Assembly (NCBI RefSeq): GCF_963921235.1
Contig: NC_086097.1
Location: forward strand, 141,112,001-141,176,000
DNA: 64,000 bases
Origin: Mobula hypostoma
Lineage: Eukaryota
Direction: 5' to 3'
Positions 25,731-35,392 of the stretch are shown one piece after another. Every line of letters starts with the position of its first letter. The stretch's first letter is position 1. Below the pieces are notes generated by a model. It was given only the letters and a program-made list of their open reading frames with translations, searched no databases and had not been told where the DNA came from. A program made the position numbers and the translations under genes.

Positions 25731-27176
25731 ATAGAAACATAGAAACATAGAAAATAGGTGCAGGAGTAGGCCATTCGGCCCTTCGGGCCTGCACCGCCAT
25801 TTATTATGATCATGGCTGATCATCCAACTCAGAACCCCGCCCCAGCCTTCCCTCCATACCCCCTGACCCCTGTAGCCATAAGGGCCATATCTAACTCCCT
25901 CTTAAACATAGCCAATGAACTGGCCTCAACAGTTTCCTGTGGCAGAGAATTCCACAGATTCACCACTCTCTGTGTGAAGAAGTTTTTCCTAATCTCGGTC
26001 CTAAAAGGCTTCCCCTCTATCCTCAAACTGTGACCCCTCGTTCTGGACTTCCCCAACATCGGGAACAATCTTCCTGCATCTAGCCTGTCCAATCCCTTTA
26101 GGATCTTATACGTTTCAATCAGATCCCCCCTCAATCTTCTAAATTCCAACGAGTACAAGCCCAGTTCATCCAGTCTTTCTTCATATGAAAGTCCTGCCAT
26201 CCCAGGAATCAATCTGGTGAACCTTCTTTGTACTCCCTCTATGGCAAAGATGTCTTTCCTCAGATTAGGGGACCAAAACTGCACACAATACTCCAGGTGT
26301 GGTCTCACCAAGGCCTTGTACAACTGCAGTAGTACCTCCCTGCTCCTGTACTCGAACCCTCTCGCTATAAATGCCAGCATACCATTCGCCTTTTTCACCG
26401 CCTGCTGTACCTGCATGCCCACTTTCAATGACTGGTGTATAATGACACTCAAGTCTCGTTGCACCTCCCCTTTTCCTAATCGGCCACCATTCAGATAATA
26501 ATCTGTTTTCCTATTTTTGCCACCAAAGTGGATAACTTCACATTTATCCACATTAAATTGCATCTGCCATGAATTTGCCCACTCACCCAACCTATCCAAG
26601 TCACCCTGCATCCTCTTAGCATCCTCCTCACTGCTAACACTGCCACCCAGCTTCGTGTCATCCGCAAACTTGGAGATGCTGCATTTAATTCCCTCATCCA
26701 AGTCATTAATATATATTGTAAACAACTGGGGTCCCATCACTGAGCCTTGCGGTACCCCACTAGTCACCGCCTGCCATTCTGAAAAGGTCCCGTTTATTCC
26801 CACTCTTTGCTTCCTGCCTGCTAACCAATTCTCCACCCACACCAATACCTTACCCCCAATACCGTGTGCTTTAAGTTTGCACACTAATCTCCTGTGTGGG
26901 ACCTTGTCAAAAGCCTTTTGAAAATCCAAATATACCACATCCACTAGTTCTCCCCTATCCACTCTACTAGTTACATCCTCAAAAAATTCTATGAGATTCG
27001 TCAGACATGATTTTCCTTTCACAAATCCATGCTGACTTTATCCGATCATTTCACCGCTTTCCAAATGTGCTGTTATCACATCCTTGATAACTGACTCCAG
27101 CAGTTTCCCCACCACCGACGTTAGGCTAACCGGTCTATAATTCCCCGGTTTCTCTCTCTCTCCTTTTTTAAAAAGT
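25731..27176 (-). mobile_element. 5'-truncated CR1 nested in the APE domain of the I/Nimb LINE
   Basis: (TTTCTATG)n tail at 25731-25754; the host APE frame rejoins across it (TGLQF|RRLNFK); candidate TSD AGTTT. Confidence 0.9.
25829..27022 (-). CDS. CR1 ORF2 reverse transcriptase fragment (397 aa, uninterrupted; TE-derived)
   Basis: YLDFQKAFDKVPH, GVPQGSVMGP, ISKFADDTK, HLEYCVQFWSP; an in-frame TAA lies just upstream. Confidence 0.9.
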   Translation of the reverse strand: MKGKSCLTNLIEFFEDVTSRVDRGELVDVVYLDFQKAFDKVPHRRLVCKLKAHGIGGKVLVWVENWLAGRKQRVGINGTFSEWQAVTSGVPQGSVMGPQLFTIYINDLDEGIKCSISKFADDTKLGGSVSSEEDAKRMQGDLDRLGEWANSWQMQFNVDKCEVIHFGGKNRKTDYYLNGGRLGKGEVQRDLSVIIHQSLKVGMQVQQAVKKANGMLAFIARGFEYRSREVLLQLYKALVRPHLEYCVQFWSPNLRKDIFAIEGVQRRFTRLIPGMAGLSYEERLDELGLYSLEFRRLRGDLIETYKILKGLDRLDAGRLFPMLGKSRTRGHSLRIEGKPFRTEIRKNFFTQRVVNLWNSLPQETVEASSLAMFKRELDMALMATGVRGYGGKAGAGF

Positions 27177-30100
27177 TTAGAAGACTTAATTTTAAATCTA
27201 ACCTTGAAATTGTGGCTGTGGAGGTTTGGAGCTCTCGTGGTCAGATAACTTTGATTAACCTTTATAATCCAGGTAATATGATGTTACCAGATTTGGATGA
27301 AATTATGAATAAGGTAAGATCCCCAGTAATCTGGGTTGGAGATTTCAATACCCATAATCTTATTTGGGGTAGTGGAAGTAACGATAGTAATGGAGCGGTA
27401 GTAGAGGAGTTTCCAGATAAATACAACATGGTACTGCTAAATGACGGAAGGCATACAAGATTTAATACTGTAAAGAATACTTGTAGTCACTTAGACTTAT
27501 CTATCACTTCCTAAAACTTAGCTAGGGTTGGGAAATGGGATGTTATGGACAGATATACACTAGGAAGTGATCACTGTCCTATATTATGTAGATTTGGTAG
27601 AAATTTGATAGTAGAAGTTGAGGAGAGGTCTGCTGGGTATAATTGTTCTTTGGCCCAATGAGATGAGTACCAGGAGAAAGCTCTGGATATAGTAGAAGAG
27701 ATTAATAGCGAGGGCTCCGTAGACGATTGGAATGAATCCCTCTGTTCTATAATTCATAAAGTTGCTCAGTTGACTATTCCGCTACGGAATGTTCCTAAGG
27801 CTCGAGCATTAGTTCCGTGGTGGAATGAAAATTGTGATATAGCAGTAAGAAACAGAAATAGAGCTTACAGGAAATTAAGAAAGTACCCAGTGTTAGATAA
27901 TGTTATGGAGTATAAAAAGGAAAGAGCAGTAGCAAGGAGAGTAATTAAAAATGCAAAGAGGGATATTTGGAGAAGATTTTGTGGAACCCTGAGCCCTGGA
28001 CACCCATAAAGCAGCTATGGATGATTATTCACAGAATGTCAGGGATAAATAGGAAACCATCTATCCCAGCTTTGCTGGAAGGAGTTATTGAAGCTGTAAC
28101 CAATAAGGAAAAGGCTGATATGTTTGTAGAAGTGTTCCAAGCGTTACACATTTCTGGAGAGTTAGGTGATTCGAGAAAGGAAATTATGCTAAAGTAAAGT
28201 TGGAAATTGGACAGGAGTTTGGATGATAATAGCTCTATAAATTTGTTATTCTCTCTTCAGGAATTACAGGAAGCTGCCCAATCAGTTTCAAACACCTCTC
28301 CTGTTCGGGATGGACTGTGTTACGAATTGCTTAAGAATTTAGATGACTCTGTATTAATAGAAATACTAGCATTGTTTAATTCAGTGTGTAAAGAAGGAAA
28401 ATTACCAGTAGAATGGAAGCATGCGGTGGTAGTTCCAGTTTTAAAGCCAGGTAAGGACGCGTCCAGTCGTAGTTCGTATCGGCCTAGAGCTTTAACGTCA
28501 GTGCTTTGTAAAATTATGGAACCAATGGTCACCAATAGACTTGTTTATTTTTTAGAAAATAAGGGACATTTTGCTGCCTATCAAAATGGTTTTAGAACTG
28601 GAATATCAACAATGCAATCTGTTGCCCTTTTAGATCATGATATTTAAAAAGCGTTTCAAAGTAGAGAAGTAATGGTAAGTGTAATTCTAGATATTGAAAG
28701 AACATATGACTCACTATGGAAGGATGGCTTATGAATTAAACTCTATGATGCGGGAATTAGAAGTAGAATGTTTAGTTGGATCAAAGATTTCCTTAAGGAA
28801 AGGACAATTCAAGTAAGAATAGGCAGAACAAGCTCCAATTCAGTTAAAATAAGTACTAGTACCCCTCAAGGAAGTGTCATTAGTCCAGTTCTTTTTAATG
28901 TCATGATAAATGATGTCTTTGATCAGGTAGGGACAGGATTTGGCAAATCATTGTTTGCAGACGATGGTGCAATCTGGAAAAGTGGAAGAAACATCAAGTA
29001 TATATTAAGGCAGGTAGAAAAGGCTTTAAGATCAGTTGAAAACTGGGCTAATAAATGGGGTTTGAGGCTTTCTGCTTCTAAGTCCAAATATATGATTTTT
29101 GGCTTTAGAAGAAAGATTCCTGCTTGTGCGTTGTGTCTATATGATTCTCCACTAGAAAATGTCAAGGAATTCAAATTTTTAGGTGTCTACTTTGATGAAA
29201 GACTTACTTGGAGGGTTCATATAGATAAAACAATTGGAAAGTGTGAGAAAGTTTTTAATATTATGAGAAGTGTTTCTGGATGCGACTGGGGAGCAAAGCG
29301 GGAAACTATGTACTTAACATGTCTAGCTATGATTAGATCAGTTATAGATTATGGTTATATTGCTTATGATTCTGCTGCTACGACAGTGCTTGGAAAACTA
29401 GACACTGTGCAGTCCGAAGCACTTAGACTCTGTTGTGGAGCTTTTAGAACAACATCAGTCCCGGCATTATGTGTGGAGATTGGAAAAGTGCCTCTACATT
29501 TAAGAGGAATTCAGTTGGGCCTGCAGTATTGGGCAAAACTAGATGGATTCAATCACAGCTGTCCGCCAAAGAGTCTTTTGCAAGGGAAGTCGGAGCGCCA
29601 AAGTAAAATGGAAAGATATCCATTTTTAGATTTGGTTAATAACTGGGCTGTGAAATTGAAATTGACTCAGGAAGACATAGTTGACCAAATTTGCTTGCCA
29701 CCCGTCCCTTTTCGGCTCTTGCTGGAACCAGAAGTAGACCTATTCCTCCTTTTTCACCTTCAAGGAAGCAGAGCGATTTCATCAGCGTTGATCACAAATG
29801 AATATTTAAATGATAAATGGGGATCTTATCTATAGATTTTTACTGATGGCTCAGTGGACCCAGAGAGCAGTAGGGCGGGATTTAGGATGTGTGTGTCTAA
29901 ACTTAGAGTTAAGATTGGTCACCGGTTTTCGGATGGTGTTTCTGTCTTTGCAACAGAATTATTAGCAATCCTCTGGCCTTATGGTGGGTAGAAGACTCTC
30001 GACCATATAGGGTTATCTGTTCGGATTCTGCTGCTGCCTTAGAGGCTATAAAAGAGAATAAATCAAAAGCTCGTCCTGACATCGTTATTGAGATTCACAT

Positions 30101-31789
30101 AGTGCTGTTTAGAGTAGGAAAGATGGGTTGTACAGTTAGATTTTCATGGATACCTGGGCATGCTGGGGTGGAGGAAAATGAAATTGTGGATGTTATTGCA
30201 AAGTCTTCCTTTCCAGAGCAGACAAGTAGAAATTAGAGATCCTCCAGGCAGAGCAGAATTGAGAAGTAGGATTAAAAAAAAGTATAGAGAAGAAGTGGCA
30301 GAATGAGTTTAAGGGCAGGCATTATTTTTCTAGTCACCCACTAGCTAAGAAGGTCTCAGACTGTTACCTTTTAAATCGTAGAGATATGGTGAAATTTACA
30401 AGACTTAGGTTGGGGCATTGTGGGCTAAACTATTATATAAGGATAATAGGAAAACGCTGATGAAATCGCTCTGCTTCCTTGAAGGTGAAAAAGGAGGAAA
30501 AGGTCTACTTCTGGTTCCAGCAAGAGCCAAAAAGGGACGGGTGGCAAGCAAATTTGGTCAACTATGTCTTCCTGAGTCAGTTTCAATTTCACAGCCCAGT
30601 TATTAACCAAATCTACAGGATTATGTGACTGTGGTAGTCCAGAGACAGTTCAGCAAAATTGAAAGAAGCATATTGTTCAAGAGGCTATCTGGCTTAAATG
30701 TAGAGTATTTTGGTTTTCTATTAAATCTTAGTTTGGCCATCAAGAGAACCAACATCTTATTGAAGAGTTTATTATTCAGTTTACACGTGAGACTAGGTTA
30801 TATTGGAGAATTTGATTTCCTTGAAGTTCTCTAGTTAATTATACATCATGCGGAGAGCTGTAATACGCCGAGGTGCGTCTAAACTGCCAGAAATAGAAGA
30901 AGAAGAAGATTAATAGAATCACAGATATGGCACAGATGGCATTCAGTTCATCAAACATCCCACCCAACAGAACGTACACGGAATACGGTCGCGGCGACGG
31001 GGGCGGATGCGAGACAGGTCCAGGGTCGGCACTTTAAGAGCGCGTGTGGGGAGAATATCGCTCACCTTGTTCTGTCACAGGATCCGGAGACAAAAGATTA
31101 GAGAAAGTGAAGGCCAAGATGGAGAAACCGGGGGTGTCTGTGAGAATTATCTCCATGTACCCCTGACGTCTGAAGGCGCCAAGCAACACCCCAACCCACC
31201 TCCCCCCGTCCGCCGCTCTGAAGCCACTAGCCCCAACTGTGGTGTTCGGCGGGAAATTTCGGAAATGTCCCAAAACATCGATAAAGGGAGGATAAATATT
31301 TCAGGCAACTGGAAGGAGATGATTATTATAAGACCAGCGACCCAGGTTCAATTCCGCTGTTGTCCTGAAAGGAATTTGTACGTTCTTCATGTGACCGCGT
31401 GGGTTCCCTCCGGCTGCTCCGGTTTCCTCCCACGTTCAAAAGACGTAAGGATTAGTAGGCGCCCAAAGCAACGTACACAAAATGCTGGAGGATCTCAGCA
31501 GGCCAAGCAGCATTTACGGAAAAGAGTAAATGGACAACGTTTAGGACCGAAACTACTTTTCATGACCGGAAAGGAAGGGGAGAGTGTCAGCGTGAGAAGT
31601 CCTCCAGCATCTGCAAAATTTCTCCTGTTTGCGGGTTAGTAGGTTAATTGATCACATTGATGGAATTGGATGGCCCGGGCTTGTTGGCCCCGAAAGGCCT
31701 GGTATCGTGATGGATTTCTTCATGTTAAGCGGAGCAAGTTCGAACCCCGAAAAATATCGCCCAATGAACTGCTGTGCAATTCAAACAAA

Positions 31790-31954
31790 AACTCATTTTA
31801 TGCAGAGGAAATAATAGTGTTGTGTTCAAATGGGGTTGGAAGGCGTGGTCTGTGACACGTTCAGAGAAAGTGGGACGTGAAGCGTGCTGTTATTTATAAC
31901 TAGCCAGGCCACGTCTAAATCCGTGTCAAATACAGTCACAACTCGACAAACACC
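31790..31954 (+). promoter_or_regulatory. Putative V2 core promoter
   Basis: TATTTATAA at 31891-31899, 64 nt before the ATG; same motif block as V1. Confidence 0.55.
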
Positions 31955-32378
31955 ATGCGGCTGGGTTACGTGGCTTTTGTGATACTTTTCCTCCGTTAGT
32001 TGATTGATTTTCATCCGTTTACTCTGTGTTTGTTTCAGTCTTTGAAACATGTTATGACTTTGATTTCTGTTTCCACAGGCAGATGTCTCGGTGCTGAATT
32101 GATACAGTCTCCGATGTCCATCACCGAAAATGTGGGCAAACGTGCCGACCTGATCTGCGATCTGGGCACAGCGAACACGGACGTAATCCACTGGTACCGG
32201 CAGCCAGATGGCCAACGCCCGGTCTGGATCCTATATTACCGTAATGGGGGCAACGTACACGACGATGGAATTGATACCAAATTTAAAGCGAGAAATTTTG
32301 GAGAAAAGCATTATATTCTAATTGTGACCCGTCTCGAGAAAGAGGATTCCGGCACCTATTACTGTGCCTATTGGGACC
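31955..32378 (+). CDS. TRGV: V2: probable TCR gamma V segment. Leader 31955-31994, intron 31995-32078, V exon 32079-32378; open frame.
   Basis: Leader MRLGYVAFVILFL, 84-nt GT-AG intron, V domain AELIQSP...C...IHWYRQ...DSGTYYCAYWD. Confidence 0.88.
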
Positions 32379-32417
32379 CACAGAGTTAAACTGCAACTGG
32401 CGCCGCTGACAAAAACT
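32379..32417 (+). other. 23-bp-spacer RSS of V2
   Basis: CACAGAG (32379-32385) + 23 nt + ACAAAAACT (32409-32417). Confidence 0.92.
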
Positions 32418-33532
32418 CTTCCTCAGCTTTGAGATGACACGAATCATATCCGACTCAGAGATATCGCAGTTTATGCCATAAATGCCATCACTTTTCTTCG
32501 CATAAAGAACTCTATCCATTCCACGAAAGTTACCCGATCAGCCTCATCGACAGTCTATTCATTTACACCCGCCGCTCGAGAACAGTGAATTGGGAGAATA
32601 TTTCCGCAGGGTACAAAAGCCCAAACTAGAGACGATAGATCTAAAGTGAGGGGGGAAAGATCTGTAAGAGAACTGTGTGGTAGGTTCTTCAGGGAAAGGG
32701 CGGTGGGCACAGGCAACAAGCTGCCAGAGGAAGAGATAGAGGCAGGAACCATCGAGAGATTTAAAAGTCATTTGAGAATCTACATGGATAAGAAAGATTC
32801 AGAGTAAAACAGGTGAAATGCAGGTAAACGGGACTGGTTTACGTGGGTAACGTGCTCGGTAAAGACGAGTTAGGCTGAAGGGCCTGATTCTGTGCTGTAG
32901 AGCTCAATCGCACTTAGATTTGTTTTAAATCTATGGACGGTTGCCAGAGGTAAAATCGGGTAGAGAGATAGTGATAGGAGACTCAGTAATTAGGAACTAG
33001 ACAAGAGATTTGGTGGCCGTGACAAAGACGCGGAATCGTGTTCTGCCTCCCAAGTGCTAGGATTAAGGAGGTCTCAGAGCAGCTACAGAAGAGGTTGGGT
33101 AACCAGACAAAGGCCGTGGTGTACGTTGACAACAATGACACCAGGTAAAAACAGGGACGAGATTTTGTACAGTAAGTATAGGGAGTGACGGTAGAGGCCA
33201 CAAAGCATGTGTAATCTCTGGATTACTCCCAGTTCCGCGTGCTAGTTAGGGCAGAAATAGGATGAATGAGTGTTTGAGGATCTGGTGTAGGGGGCAGGGT
33301 TTCAGATTGTTGGATCATTGGGATCTCACCTAGGGAAGTCATGCCTTGTACAAAAAAAGATCGGTTAAACCTGAACCCGAAGGGGATCAATATCTTTGCG
33401 ATTAGGTTTCCTAGAGCTGTTGGAGAAGGTTTAAACTAAGTTAGCAGGGGATGGGAAAGGAGTGATGGGGCTGAGGATGAGGCAGTCGATGCAGCGTGTA
33501 GCGAGACTGTGAGGAAGTTTAGGCAGATGATA

Positions 33533-35392
33533 CTAAGGCCGATGCTCTCTCCTGTCAGTTTGATGACTCCGAGGTCAACGCCAGTCTAGATCATATCTTT
33601 CCTCGCACAAGCATAGCTGTTCCAGTGATTTGGGGAATAGAAACAGGCGAGGACTGCCGAACAGTCAGATCTAGGCCCAGATGGAGAAGTTCCTAACCGG
33701 CTGTATGTCCCTGCCTCTGTGTGTTCCTAAATGTTGGCCTGGGGTCCCTCTTCCCATCTGGTTGGTCATCCAGGGATTCAACAGACCCTGGAATTCATCA
33801 AGAGATGATTTACATGGCAGTCTATATCCCGACATGTCCACGACTTTGTCTCAGCCTGTCCCATTTGTGCCCAGAACAAGACGACACATCCGCTTCCTGC
33901 TGGTTTGCTTTATCCATTGCCTGTGCCTCTCTGCCCCAGGTCCAAACTCTCAGTGGATTTCATCACTGGTCTGTGTCCGTCAGATGGAAACACTATCATC
34001 CTGGTGGTTGTGGACCAGTTCTCTAAAGCAGCCCACTTTATTTCTCTCCCCCAAGCTCCCACTGTCTCATGAAACTGCCACTTTCTTGATTCAGCTTGTG
34101 TTCAGGCTGCACAGCTTCCCCCGGGACAGCAGGTCTGACAGAGGATCACAGTTCATGTCGCATTGGTGGAATGCTTTCTGTTCTCCTTTGAGAGCCACAA
34201 CCAGCCTTTCATCACTTTTCCACCCGCAATCTAGTGGCCAGACTGAGAGAGTGAATGAGGAGCTGGAGACAATCCTGCATGGCCTTGTCTCTTCCAACTC
34301 CATGACCTGGAGTTCCCAACTCTGAGATTGCTCAAAATAAGCTGGACTAGCATGCCCTCCTCTGAATGGCAAAATGGATTCCAGCCACTGATCTTCCCAG
34401 ACCGTGATTGACATGGGAGTTCCTGCTGTTGAACGTTTGTGCAAAGCTGCAAGCACACATGGAGATAGGCCAGGGCTTCCCGGCTGCACACTCAGAAACT
34501 ATATGCCCAGCAGGGTGATCAGCTCCTCTGAGATGTGAGGCTTCTCAATCCAGAGAGATGGCCTGGCTGGTATCTACAGATCTTCCTTTGAAAGTTGGGA
34601 GCTGCAAGGTTGCCCCACGCTGGGTGGGACTATTCACAGTGGGGAAGGCTATCAATCGATCTTCCTAGAGACTGTTCCAGCAATCATCTGCTAAGATTTA
34701 CCTAGTATCCCATGTTTGCAGCTCACAGTGGAGACTTCCTCCCACCTTGCTCCAGTTAGACCCTCTCCCCCCTCATGTTGGTGGATGGGTCACTGTTCTA
34801 TTCCGTGCAGCACCTCCTGGCATCTCGCCAAATGTGGGGCAGGGTCTAGCACTTAGTGGACTGGGAGAGATTGGGCCCAAAGAATTTTTCTTGGGTTCCA
34901 ATTTGTGCCATCCTGGACAAGTCACTCATCCTGGACCTCCAGCGGACACAGGTCTCTAGTGCCTCTGATGCTTTGCCTCATGGCGGGGTGGGGGTAGGAG
35001 TGGTGAGGGTGGTGATCTGTAAAAGCATGAACACTGCTGTGGAGTGGGCAGCTGAAAGCGGTCATCAGCAATCACGCTCGTGAGAATGCACATTGCAGCG
35101 AATTAGGGTTGCATTGTAGTTTTATTTAACTCCCTTCAGTCTTTTCGAGACTTGACTGAAGCACAATGACGGCGACACTCCCCCGATTACCATACCTCAC
35201 TTTCCAAGATTGAAGACTCCAATTTAGATTGACGCCTTCAAGGACTGATACTAAGTTACTATTAAATTACTGCTTCTGAAGGTCAGTGTCAGCATTAGAT
35301 TTTAAGTTTGAATTTTAGTTTGTAGCCCTGTTGGCTTCGCATTTATTAGTTTCCTTTTATTTTGGACAGTTCCTAATAAATTTCAGTTTCCC
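33533..35392 (+). mobile_element. Duplicated 3' half of the Gypsy element (integrase, 3' LTR from 35018)
   Basis: Paralogous to 6605-9160. Confidence 0.85.

Larger units (their letters stand above)
24191..30905 (+). mobile_element. Apparently full-length, decayed I-group (Nimb-like) non-LTR retrotransposon
   Basis: TSD AAGATTAAYAGAA (24178-24190 and 30906-30918). Gag-like ORF1 with CCHC knuckle CSNCQRFGHVAGSC. ORF2 from ATG 25504 with APE (LQWNARSL; WVGDFNTH), RT (PQGSVISPVLFN; LFADDGAIW), RNase H (IFTDGS; WIPGHAG) and a C-terminal LCDCG motif. (GAA)n tail. The clade name is inferred from domain order. Confidence 0.85.
18733..33529 (+). repeat. Tandem duplication unit 2 (contains V2)
   Basis: Starts at the CR1/Gypsy junction GCAGATGATAC-CGAGGCC; colinear with unit 1, with a private LINE insertion and private deletions. 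Confidence 0.8.

Noticed and set aside
15182-31000. Possible J or D segments between V genes (multicluster organisation like shark Ig)
   Set aside because: No GGTTTTTGT-12/23-CACTGTG signal followed by FGxG coding was found by eye; a formal RSS scan is still advisable.
31007-31639. 210-aa ORF upstream of V2 and similar peptides at 41886, 58741 and 14270
   Set aside because: Not maintained across paralogous units; it spans SINE and Penelope fragments, and the similarity reflects DNA duplication only.
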